Both the position numbers and the translations under genes were made by a program. A model generated the notes under the pieces. The model saw only the letters and a program-made list of their open reading frames with translations. It was not told the DNA's origin and did no database searches. 27,955 nt of DNA. It comes from a virus (lineage: Duplodnaviria > Caudoviricetes). The stretch is taken from IMG/VR virus record IMGVR_UViG_3300034096_000658, positions 1 to 27,955 of that record; one strand, given 5' to 3'. Positions 8,853 to 17,173 of the stretch are shown in pieces. Numbering within the stretch: position 1 is the first letter of the stretch; every line of letters starts with the position of its first letter.

Positions 8853-9922
8853 AATGCGTAGACTACTCCTATACCAGCAATAGTACGTGATTGTAGGTAG
8901 TCAATTAGAAGAGTTTGATTGCTTGAAGATAATCCAGTAACATATACATTAACGGTGCCTGGTGTATCACCATTTCGTACTGAAATCAAAGTAGAATCAT
9001 TTGTTCCAGTAATACTAGAACTTAAAATAGCTTTTTCAAAATCTTTCAATGTAACACATCTATCTTGACCATTTGCATTAAATAACACTTTTGCTCTTGC
9101 AGTGTCAACAGATATAGTATCATAACCGCCAGAAGCTGAACCAATAATATTTAATAAACCGGTTGGATCAATAATAGTACCACCATTTCCAGCTTTACCA
9201 TTTGATACAATAGCACGAACAATAACAGATTTTGATGTTGGAACAATTGCAGCATTAGCAAAATTATTAGTAACCAAATATCCATTTGAGCCATGTGTTA
9301 CAGTAAAGAAATTATTATTAATTGATGTAGTTGTATTTCCTTTACTTACTCTTGTCCATTTAATTTTTTCAGCTTTATTTAATGAATCTGGAATAACATA
9401 AAAAGAAATTGTATTAGGATCTATATTATATGGAAGTATAATGGATTGGCTTACATGATCGTAATTGGAAAATGTTGCAACAGATGATCCCGAATATAAA
9501 TAAGTTTCAACTGCAGCTGATGCTCCTGAAGTTTCATTATATAGATAGAATCTTAAATTTGCACCACTTGTAGATGTTGCTGCAAATCCTGTATAATCAT
9601 CCATTGCAGCTGTAGTTACAACTCTAGCAGATGCAGATTGTATCAAAGGAACTATAACTGAATGATTTGAGGCAATTGAAACTATAGATTCTAATAGCGT
9701 TGCTGTAGATAAAAATGATTCAGTAAATCCAAATTGAGCATATACCCCATTATATGCTGTGGCAGTTGCAAGAGTTCTTAATAATAAATTAGCTGTACTA
9801 GCTTCATCTCTAAAAGAAATATCAGTTAGACCGGGTTGAACTTCTAAAAAAGAAGTCAATGAATCCATAATATTTTCAAAGTCTAAAGAAGCAACATTTA
9901 AGGATTTTAAATTATATGTCAT
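8849..9922 (-). CDS. gp6: Baseplate wedge protein (gp6-like), short
   Basis: SLDFENIMDSLTSFL, ESFLSTATLLESIVSIA, SNGKAGNG, QDRCVTLKDF; follows gp25; 357 aa. Confidence 0.88.
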   Translation of the reverse strand: MTYNLKSLNVASLDFENIMDSLTSFLEVQPGLTDISFRDEASTANLLLRTLATATAYNGVYAQFGFTESFLSTATLLESIVSIASNHSVIVPLIQSASARVVTTAAMDDYTGFAATSTSGANLRFYLYNETSGASAAVETYLYSGSSVATFSNYDHVSQSIILPYNIDPNTISFYVIPDSLNKAEKIKWTRVSKGNTTTSINNNFFTVTHGSNGYLVTNNFANAAIVPTSKSVIVRAIVSNGKAGNGGTIIDPTGLLNIIGSASGGYDTISVDTARAKVLFNANGQDRCVTLKDFEKAILSSSITGTNDSTLISVRNGDTPGTVNVYVTGLSSSNQTLLIDYLQSRTIAGIGVVYAL

Positions 9923-10302
9923 GTTAGTGGTATTTCAATTCTACAAGAAGATTTGTTTTGTGAATTTAAACTCAATTCTGTTAAAAAACTAATATCAAAA
10001 ATTATTACAGTATCTGAATAGTAATTAATAGAAACTTTAACATCAAAGATTTTTTTAATTGATGATTTGATTGCTGCCTGTAGAATATTAACTATAAGCT
10101 GTCTATTGATACCAATATCATAGATATAATCACTAATATTTGCACCAAAAGAAGGATTCATCATATTTTCTCCTTTATTGGTACGTAAAATATTTTCAAT
10201 TTGTTGAACAATAGAATTTGTTCCATCAACATATGCGATATCTTTTGTTCCATTAATCGTGAACGCAGGTTCTAATAAAATTGAAAAGTCTTTAGTACGC
10301 AT
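9919..10302 (-). CDS. gp25: Baseplate wedge / sheath initiator
   Basis: SIVQQIENILRTNKGENMMNPSFGANI, the gp25/GPW signature. Confidence 0.92.
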   Translation of the reverse strand: MRTKDFSILLEPAFTINGTKDIAYVDGTNSIVQQIENILRTNKGENMMNPSFGANISDYIYDIGINRQLIVNILQAAIKSSIKKIFDVKVSINYYSDTVIIFDISFLTELSLNSQNKSSCRIEIPLT

Positions 10303-10308
10303 ATCAAA

Positions 10309-10316
10309 TATTTATA
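10309..10316 (-). promoter_or_regulatory. T4 late promoter TATAAATA 6 nt before gp25 ATG
   Basis: Minus strand TATAAATAtttgatATG, exact T4 consensus in an intergenic gap. Confidence 0.8.
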
Positions 10317-10319
10317 TCT

Positions 10320-11177
10320 TTAGGACCAGTTCTCGTAAGTGTTAGGTGGATTGAATGGATTATTAAAAACACCTGGGTTATTTGGAATATTTAAGGTATC
10401 ATTCCATGGATTTTCTGGAGGAGTTTCACCACCACCCTCACCACCTGGAGTTGCTGCAACAGATGTTGGTGGTAAAATACTTGTAAGAGCAAGTTGTGTT
10501 TCGTGTGTACCCGTATTGGTAAACATGTGTTTAATACCCAAAACCCAATATATTCCATTAATAGGAGATGATCCGGCTGAATACGGATAGCCACTAGTAT
10601 TGTTTGCTACAACTTCAACAAAATCACCAGATCTTAAACTCATATCTCCAGAAATATTAATAGTTACTTTTCTTCCAAAGGTTATAGAATCTAAAAACTC
10701 TTTACGTTTAACGGGAGCATCTTTAGGAGTATTCCAAAAAGTAGCAACATTTAAACGTAATTTTAAATACGCTTCAAATTTTTCACCAATCTCTGGACAA
10801 CTGCAGTTAAATGGTGCTTCTGGAAGTCCCCACAAACAACCAAAGAAATCTTCACCAAGTTCTGTATTAGATTTAATCTTCATACATTCATTAGATGCCG
10901 TACCTAAATAAATATCAAATGGTGGTGTAAGACCAGCAGAACCACACATTCCAGGAAAAGACCATAAAGATGCTGATCCTGTTATACCTATTGCTTCTGC
11001 AATAGTAGCAATTTTGGGAAAACGTGTCAAACAATCATCTAATGATGTTGGAGATGATGTTATGCCTTGAGTGATTTGTGCATTTGCACAGACATATTCA
11101 CCACGTGCACCAAAATTACCAATAGGTGTTGATAACACATTTGAACCAAGAGTTACAATTTTTCCTTTTTGTGGCAT
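10320..11177 (-). CDS. Probable C-terminal part of baseplate hub (gp27/GpD-like) with Cys-rich N-terminus and Pro/Gly/Asn tail
   Basis: VTINISGDMSLRSGDFVEV...GIYWVLGIKHMF...HETQLAL resembles the last beta-barrel of gp27/GpD/VgrG hubs; start overlaps the upstream stop (TAATG). Confidence 0.6.
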   Translation of the reverse strand: MPQKGKIVTLGSNVLSTPIGNFGARGEYVCANAQITQGITSSPTSLDDCLTRFPKIATIAEAIGITGSASLWSFPGMCGSAGLTPPFDIYLGTASNECMKIKSNTELGEDFFGCLWGLPEAPFNCSCPEIGEKFEAYLKLRLNVATFWNTPKDAPVKRKEFLDSITFGRKVTINISGDMSLRSGDFVEVVANNTSGYPYSAGSSPINGIYWVLGIKHMFTNTGTHETQLALTSILPPTSVAATPGGEGGGETPPENPWNDTLNIPNNPGVFNNPFNPPNTYENWS

Positions 11178-13132
11178 TAGCAGTTCCCATCTAAAACGTT
11201 TTCGGCACTAAAGTAATACAATGCTTTACCTCTTAATTCTGGTGGTACTGTTATATTACCATCCATTGCCATTTTTTCTGCACTTGTACGATACATTTTT
11301 ACAATATGTGCTATAGTTGCACCAGTTGGAGTGACAGTGCTCGTATTACATCCAATAGGTCTATATTTAAATCCACCAACTTCAGAAACCCAACCGGGTG
11401 GTAGATACTTTGGATCACCTAAACCAGCAGTTCTCTCATTTAAATTTATCGCCCAAGTATCTTGGGTTGCACCAGCCATATTAGTTTCATCAGTTTCCCA
11501 TAATTCCATTAATGACCAATATGTACTACCAGCAGCATTAATAAACTTTAAACCTTCCCATTTATATCTCCACTTTAATTCGGGACCCATTGATTGTGTT
11601 GTTGAAGTTGCTGCTGCATAATCTGCAACCAATTTATCTGGTTCATATCTTATTAAATTTGCAAAGAAGGTTTCGTCATCACCAAGACAACACAATACAT
11701 ATAAAACAAAGTTTTCACGTTCAATTTTTCTACGTGTTTCCAAATTATCAGGAGAATACGATGAACCTTTATATAATTCTGTAAGATTTTTTTGAATTTG
11801 ATTATAATAGAAAGTACTAGTATCTGGTTCAGCTTCAGGATCTGCTGTTAGTGATCTAGGATAATCAGGGTGAACTGCTGTCATATCAAACATATTTTTC
11901 CACATTTCAGTATTATCTGCACGTGAAAAATAACCACTGTGACCCATGTAATCATTAGTTGAATATGTCTTTGCTAACCCAAATTCACCCGACCCATGTG
12001 TAGCTGGAGCGTTATCATTTGTAGTGTTGGTATCAGAAACCCATCCATAATCTTTTTCATAAAATACTTCATCTGCACCAGATGTTATTCCACCAATTAA
12101 ACCATTAGATGCAATGGTTTCAATATTATATTTTTCACCATCATCTTGAAAATGGAATGTTAGAGCTTTGGTTGTATATTTTACTGAATCAGTTATTTCA
12201 GGTGGAATAATATCTAAAAACTTAGGAGTTTTTCTAACATAAACATAATTTTTAGAAACAAATTGATTTGTAGGATCAGTATTTAAAACATAAATCTTTT
12301 TATATGTTTCTCCATTTGTAGATAGCTGAGTAGGACTATCACCATTATAAACACTATATCTATAGTTATTGTTATTATATTTGGTAATACTAACAGGATC
12401 TTTACTCAAATCAGATGGAAAATGTTTAAAATTAATGTAATCACCAAATTCCGTCCAAAACATAAATCTGGGTTCAAATGATGTTTTATCTACAGCCAAT
12501 GAAGAAAGGTAATTTAAATATTGAAATGCATTATCTGTAACAGATAAATTTAATTTATTACTTCCAACATTTAATTGTTTTAATGAAAAGAAATTGTCTG
12601 CAGGAGTTAGTGTTCCAATATGAGTATCTTGAGTTGAACTAAGTCTATTTTTAATATTATTACTTGCAGAAGTAAATAATTCTTCAATTGTATAAACTCT
12701 ATCTTCAAGAGTGTCTACACTAATAAGTAAATCTGCTGCTGATGTTTTTTGTGATAATTTATAAAAACTATTAGTAAAATTAATTGAAACAAAACTATCT
12801 TCATTATCAGAAGCCGCATTGGTTACATTTGCAGTACTGGTTATTGATAATAAACGTGGTTTAGCACCATCATTAAATGAAACCAAAATGCTATCAATTT
12901 GATTTTTTTGAATAAAATTTATTATATCTCCTGTATCACGTACAACAAGAGCACCTACTGGATAAATCTCAAATACACTTTCTTCCATTTCCAATCGTGT
13001 AAATTTACACTCAGCATTCTCTCTTGTATTTTGGCTCAATATATCAAATGAATAGTTTGGAAACTTTGAACTTTTAAAAAGTAAAGATCTTATTGTAGAA
13101 TCAAAGGCGTTTGAATTTGTATTTATTGCCAT
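11177..13132 (-). CDS. Probable N-terminal part of baseplate hub (gp27-like) plus an extra C-terminal domain
   Basis: Follows gp53; LEMEESVFEIYPVGALVVRDTGDII and AFQYLNYLSSLA...FMFWTEFGDYINFK resemble N-terminal and central hub motifs of T4-like tail proteins. Confidence 0.55.
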   Translation of the reverse strand: MAINTNSNAFDSTIRSLLFKSSKFPNYSFDILSQNTRENAECKFTRLEMEESVFEIYPVGALVVRDTGDIINFIQKNQIDSILVSFNDGAKPRLLSITSTANVTNAASDNEDSFVSINFTNSFYKLSQKTSAADLLISVDTLEDRVYTIEELFTSASNNIKNRLSSTQDTHIGTLTPADNFFSLKQLNVGSNKLNLSVTDNAFQYLNYLSSLAVDKTSFEPRFMFWTEFGDYINFKHFPSDLSKDPVSITKYNNNNYRYSVYNGDSPTQLSTNGETYKKIYVLNTDPTNQFVSKNYVYVRKTPKFLDIIPPEITDSVKYTTKALTFHFQDDGEKYNIETIASNGLIGGITSGADEVFYEKDYGWVSDTNTTNDNAPATHGSGEFGLAKTYSTNDYMGHSGYFSRADNTEMWKNMFDMTAVHPDYPRSLTADPEAEPDTSTFYYNQIQKNLTELYKGSSYSPDNLETRRKIERENFVLYVLCCLGDDETFFANLIRYEPDKLVADYAAATSTTQSMGPELKWRYKWEGLKFINAAGSTYWSLMELWETDETNMAGATQDTWAINLNERTAGLGDPKYLPPGWVSEVGGFKYRPIGCNTSTVTPTGATIAHIVKMYRTSAEKMAMDGNITVPPELRGKALYYFSAENVLDGNC

Positions 13133-13133
13133 A

Positions 13134-13958
13134 TCATGTATATTTAACAGTAATTAAATTACGTGTAACTTTAGATAATTCGCTTGGAACAAATGTATTT
13201 ATTTTTTTGTTGACCACAACTACAGCTTCTTCTTTAGTATATTGTGCTGTTGGTGGTTGTCCTGCAATTGGATTATAACTTGGAGGAATATCCGCTATTG
13301 CCATGTTTCTAAAAGAAATAACATTTGAAACAGTAGAATACTGAAGTACTTCATCAGTTTGTAAATACTTTTGTGTATCTATACTAACAATTTCATCTAC
13401 AGTAGACATGATGTAACCAGTTGGTGATTTAAAATCAATATATTGATAATTTGGATTCAAATCAATAAATGAAGTCACACCGTTTACTTGTGGTTTAATT
13501 GTTATTTTTTTAGTATACGAATCCTGGTCTTCAACAACAAATATTTGACCATCTAAATCAAAATTACCAACATAGCTATAGTCATATGGACTCCCACCTG
13601 TTGCTGCGTATGGTAAAACAATACTTCCAGGAAGCATATAAAATCCAGTTAAACCAATCTGAAGTCCTAATGTGGTCACATACTTTTCTTTATTCTTTTT
13701 ATTAAATTCTGTTGAATTATCCTCTAATAGAGTAAATGGGTTAATCCAACTATTAGCTAAAAGCAGAAGCCAAAAAGAATTTGGATCTTCATATAACTTT
13801 GATGCTGCTTCCACTAAAGTGGTTTTTGAATCAAATTCAAATTCTTTTTTAGAAACTAAATCAAAATTAAATTTATAATAACTAAAAAAATCACTAATAG
13901 AATATGTACCATTTGTAGTTTCAAAATTACGTTTTGGTAATTGATCAAAATATTTCAT
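13134..13958 (-). CDS. gp53: Baseplate wedge protein with LysM-like domain
   Basis: MKYFDQLP, AASKLYEDPNSFWLLLLANSWINPF; adjacent to gp48. Confidence 0.88.
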   Translation of the reverse strand: MKYFDQLPKRNFETTNGTYSISDFFSYYKFNFDLVSKKEFEFDSKTTLVEAASKLYEDPNSFWLLLLANSWINPFTLLEDNSTEFNKKNKEKYVTTLGLQIGLTGFYMLPGSIVLPYAATGGSPYDYSYVGNFDLDGQIFVVEDQDSYTKKITIKPQVNGVTSFIDLNPNYQYIDFKSPTGYIMSTVDEIVSIDTQKYLQTDEVLQYSTVSNVISFRNMAIADIPPSYNPIAGQPPTAQYTKEEAVVVVNKKINTFVPSELSKVTRNLITVKYT

Positions 13959-13960
13959 AA

Positions 13961-14785
13961 TTATCCACCGTATCCAAAATAATAATCTGAAATTTCAGAT
14001 TTAGATAACGTTGCATTGAGTTCCGGAACATATGTTCCTGTTTCAAATTCGGTAAAGTTTAATCCAAGCAAAACAGCAGAAGATCTTAGATCTGGTAAAA
14101 AACGAACAATTGGATCACCATAATCAGCATGTTTGACAACTAGTCCACTAAGTACGCATGGAAGAGGTTCACCAAACCAATCGGCAGTTGCGTTTTGGTT
14201 GTAGTCACCATTACCAGACTGTCCATTGGAATTACGTAATACACTAACATTCCATAATCTCTGTGGATAACTGCGTTCTGGTAGTCCAGTTGCCACTACA
14301 GGGTATGAACCTTTACGAAAGGTTCCAATAATATCTGCAACAGTCAAAGATTCTTCAGCACTTTTTGGTGTAAAAAGATATTCAAAATAATAACTTTTTC
14401 TTGCTTCAGAAATCATAGTAAGTTCAGTAATATTACTGAATCTTCTATATGTATCTGTTGCATACTGTCTTTCTGCAAAGAAACTGATTGGTTGCATAAC
14501 TCGAGAATATAATGTTCCAAAGTTCTCTAAACCACCACTATTTGCTGCTCCTGCCATAGAAATAACAGGTCCTACAGGATTCTGACCTTCACCAAATTGG
14601 TGGATGACACTATATCCTGGTTCTTTTGGCATAGGAAGCACTATACGAGCAGCAGAACGGGATATGATGCTCTCACGTGTTCTTTCAAAGTTCTTCAATG
14701 AGTAGTTTGCTACATCAAAACACAACTGTAGAGGAACTTCATTTTTGGAAGCATTTGAAAGAGGATAAATATAGGTTGAAGGCAT
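13961..14785 (-). CDS. gp48: Baseplate tail-tube cap
   Basis: IVLPMP, RKSYYFEYLFTPKSAEES, CVLSGLVV, LGLNFTEFE. Confidence 0.85.
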   Translation of the reverse strand: MPSTYIYPLSNASKNEVPLQLCFDVANYSLKNFERTRESIISRSAARIVLPMPKEPGYSVIHQFGEGQNPVGPVISMAGAANSGGLENFGTLYSRVMQPISFFAERQYATDTYRRFSNITELTMISEARKSYYFEYLFTPKSAEESLTVADIIGTFRKGSYPVVATGLPERSYPQRLWNVSVLRNSNGQSGNGDYNQNATADWFGEPLPCVLSGLVVKHADYGDPIVRFLPDLRSSAVLLGLNFTEFETGTYVPELNATLSKSEISDYYFGYGG

Positions 14786-14793
14786 TCTTATAA

Positions 14794-14815
14794 TATTTAT
14801 AAAATATCATAAATA
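14794..14815. promoter_or_regulatory. Back-to-back late promoters for gp48 (minus, TATAAATA 14794-14801) and gp4 (plus, CATAAATA 14808-14815)
   Basis: Both motifs lie in the 36-nt divergent gap, 8 and 6 nt from the respective ATGs. Confidence 0.78.
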
Positions 14816-14821
14816 TTTTAA

Positions 14822-15256
14822 ATGGCATACAGAACACAATTTTTTCCGCAAAATAAACAAAAATACGTTGGTGATTCTCAAAAAATCATTTGTAGATCAT
14901 TATGGGAACGAACTGTCTGTAAATTTTGTGATGATCACCCCAGCATTATAAAGTGGTCATCTGAAGAAATTGCCATTCCATACTTTCACCCAATCGACAA
15001 TAGAGTCAGAAATTACTATCCAGATTTTTTAATTCAGTTTCAACAAAAAGAAAAGTTATGTTTATGGATGGTCGAAGTTAAACCAAAAAAACAAACAATC
15101 TTAAAAGAAAATGCTTCTAAAAATGAAAAGTATACTTGGGTAGTTAATAATGCAAAATGGGAAGCAGCCAAAAATTATTGCACTAAGAATAATATTGAAT
15201 TTAAACTTCTAACAGAAAAAGAGTTATATAACAAATGTCATCTTCACAAAATTTAA
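14822..15256 (+). CDS. gp4: Head completion nuclease (TnsA-like PD-(D/E)xK fold)
   Basis: KYVGD...RSLWER...WSSEEIAIPY...YYPDF...VEVKPKKQT...NNAKWEAA...LTEKEL. Confidence 0.95.
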   Translation: MAYRTQFFPQNKQKYVGDSQKIICRSLWERTVCKFCDDHPSIIKWSSEEIAIPYFHPIDNRVRNYYPDFLIQFQQKEKLCLWMVEVKPKKQTILKENASKNEKYTWVVNNAKWEAAKNYCTKNNIEFKLLTEKELYNKCHLHKI

Positions 15257-15798
15257 ATAATATTGAAACCATAAAAACCTATTTGGATACCCATCAAGGT
15301 CTTCAAAGAGCTAACAGGTATTCTGTTGTAATAAAAAATATAGCATCAAATGATGATGCTTTGACATGCTATCCGGAAGCAGTATCTTTTGGTGCAAGAG
15401 CTACAAATTACATATATGACAATTTACAAGGATATGGTTATGGTCGGGCTGTTCCCAACTCAAGTAAGTTTGTTGGTGGAATAGTAATGACATTTATGGT
15501 TACTGGAGATTTAAGTATTTTAACATACTTTAATGACTGGTTTGATTCTATGTATGCAAAGAATGCTAATAGTACGTTTACAGTGCCTTACTATGATCAG
15601 TCTGTTTTAGGTTCTGAACTATATTTGACATACTTAGATCTAAACGGCAATCCTTCTCCAGGACGTTCTGTGTGGACATTTAAAGAAATTTATCCTGTCG
15701 AGTGTATGCCATTAGAAATGTCATCAAAACCCGACTCTCCACTTTTATATCAAGTTGTACTAAATTATCGAAACATTGAAAGATCTACAGGAGATTAA
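15235..15798 (+). CDS. Tube-fold baseplate protein (gp54-like tube initiator)
   Basis: GLQRANRYSV, YFNDWFD, VPYYD, FKEIYPV: gp19-family fold, positioned between gp4 and gp26. Confidence 0.75.
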   Translation: MSSSQNLNNIETIKTYLDTHQGLQRANRYSVVIKNIASNDDALTCYPEAVSFGARATNYIYDNLQGYGYGRAVPNSSKFVGGIVMTFMVTGDLSILTYFNDWFDSMYAKNANSTFTVPYYDQSVLGSELYLTYLDLNGNPSPGRSVWTFKEIYPVECMPLEMSSKPDSPLLYQVVLNYRNIERSTGD

Positions 15799-15799
15799 T

Positions 15800-16456
15800 A
15801 TGGATATTTTAAATTTATTTAAAGATGCTCAACCAAAGTTTGAAACAACTTTACCGTTTAGTAAGAAACAAGTTTTATTTACTGCATTTAAAGTCAAAGA
15901 CGCAAAAAAAATTGCGTTAGTCTTACAAGAAAATAATAAGAAATTATCTTTAATTGCTCTTTATGAGTGTATTAAAGAAAATTCTAATTTAAAAAATATT
16001 GATGATTTATGTTTGGCAGATGCTGAATATTTATTTTTACAAATTAGATCTAAAAGTGTTGATGAACTTTTAAATGTCCTAGTTAATGGTAGTAAATATC
16101 AGATTCAAATTAATAACATTATTACAAAAAATAATTTACAGATCAAAACAATTTTAATAGGATCTTCAATTGTTTTAAATTTAGAATCTCCAGTACTATC
16201 AGATCTGTTAAAACAAGACAATTTTGATGACCAAACTTATGCTAAAGCATGTATCAAAAGTATAAACATATCTGGACAAGTATTTTACCTAGATAAATTT
16301 TTAAACAAAGAATGTCAAGATATTATTGACAACATGCCAATTTCAACAATTAAGGATCTTAACAAATTTGTAGAAACCGAACCCAGACTTTATTTTGCTA
16401 TAAAGGATGAAATAAATGAAAGTGAGGTAAACGGTTTCCTAAGTTTTTTTATCTAG
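15800..16456 (+). CDS. gp26: Baseplate hub assembly chaperone
   Basis: PKFETTLP, FTAFKVKDAK, DAEYLFLQIRSKSVDE, terminal GFLSFF; the ATG at 15800 with AGGAGA RBS is preferred over the track's 15776 start. Confidence 0.9.
   Translation: MDILNLFKDAQPKFETTLPFSKKQVLFTAFKVKDAKKIALVLQENNKKLSLIALYECIKENSNLKNIDDLCLADAEYLFLQIRSKSVDELLNVLVNGSKYQIQINNIITKNNLQIKTILIGSSIVLNLESPVLSDLLKQDNFDDQTYAKACIKSINISGQVFYLDKFLNKECQDIIDNMPISTIKDLNKFVETEPRLYFAIKDEINESEVNGFLSFFI
16444..16450 (+). other. Candidate -1 ribosomal frameshift heptamer T TTT TTT
   Basis: AGT TTT TTT ATC TAG at the end of gp26 gives a correctly phased X XXY YYZ heptamer; the -1 frame is the gp51 ORF. Confidence 0.7.
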
Positions 16457-16653
16457 CATCTAGTTACTTTGATATAATTGATTATTATAAAACCAATTTT
16501 TCATTATTTAAAGAACTAAAATGGTCTATATCTGATATTGAAAATATGTATTTTTGGGAGAGAGAAGTTTATATAAGTGTTTTAGTTAGTTACAATCAAG
16601 ATTTACAACAACAACAACAGCATAACTCAGCAGCAGGACAATACATTGGATAA
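16450..16653 (+). CDS. gp51: gp51-like hub assembly catalyst domain, no canonical start codon of its own
   Basis: Not in the ORF track. Manual translation YLASSYFDIIDYYKTNFSLFKELKWSISDIENMYFWEREVYISVL...QYIG* matches the gp51 motif YYKTNF..L......S..EIENM..WERE.Y; frame bounded upstream by TGA at 16423-16425. Confidence 0.88.
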   Translation, partial: YLASSYFDIIDYYKTNFSLFKELKWSISDIENMYFWEREVYISVLVSYNQDLQQQQQHNSAAGQYIG

Positions 16654-17146
16654 CACAAGTAAAATTGATATTCAGGCAGAAAAGTTAGCCTTTAATGATT
16701 CTATTGTACAATCAGGTACATATAACGATATGGCAAAACCATCAGAACCTGTTACAAAAATGGAATTGCCACAAACTGAATTGATAGGAGAAAAGGCAAA
16801 TATCCCATCGATTGTAATGGCACCTGTTACCCCACCAAGTAACTATGAGACTGATGATAGAATTAGTATTAATCCAGTTGTACCGGCTTCTCGTGAATCT
16901 AAATTATTAAATATGCAAACCAGTTCACCAGATAATGTAACTAGTAAAAAAACAACAAATATAGAAAAACAGATATCACAGAGCATACTACCTTCAATTC
17001 AAAAAATTGCACAACAGGTAAATGATATGGGTACGTCTCAAGGAAAAAAAACCAGTATGACTGAAGAACGACCTACACTTGCCCCCGTAAATTTAATTTT
17101 TATGGAAAGAAGTGCTAAGGCATCTCAATCACCTGCATGGTCATAA
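16646..17146 (+). CDS. Hypothetical protein in the tape-measure position (TTG start)
   Basis: 166 aa ORF, AGGA 7 nt upstream of TTG, ends at a terminator; Pro/Ser/Thr-rich with one amphipathic-looking helix. Confidence 0.65.
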   Translation: MDNTSKIDIQAEKLAFNDSIVQSGTYNDMAKPSEPVTKMELPQTELIGEKANIPSIVMAPVTPPSNYETDDRISINPVVPASRESKLLNMQTSSPDNVTSKKTTNIEKQISQSILPSIQKIAQQVNDMGTSQGKKTSMTEERPTLAPVNLIFMERSAKASQSPAWS

Positions 17147-17173
17147 AAAAAGCCCCCTTGCGGGGGCTTTTTT
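17146..17173. terminator. Bidirectional rho-independent terminator
   Basis: AAAAAAGCCCCC-TTGC-GGGGGCTTTTTT between convergent genes; GCAA (GNRA) loop on the minus strand. Confidence 0.95.

Noticed and set aside
14822-15256. TnsA-like nuclease as evidence of a transposon or homing element
   Set aside because: Motifs and position match T4 gp4 head completion protein; no element ends or transposase partners are visible.
16454-16477. TAG readthrough or alternative genetic code as the way to express gp51
   Set aside because: Reading through TAG in frame 0 gives only HLVTLI before TAA. All core genes are intact under the standard code, so there is no sign of stop reassignment.
16606-16620. CAA repeat encoding QQQQQ
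   Set aside because: Too short to call a contingency repeat; ordinary low-complexity tail of gp51.
1060-16653. Headless contractile injection system (eCIS/tailocin) suggested by multiple tube genes and a minimal wedge
   Set aside because: Portal, terminase, neck proteins, gp32 and gp33 are present and well conserved, so this is a DNA-packaging phage.
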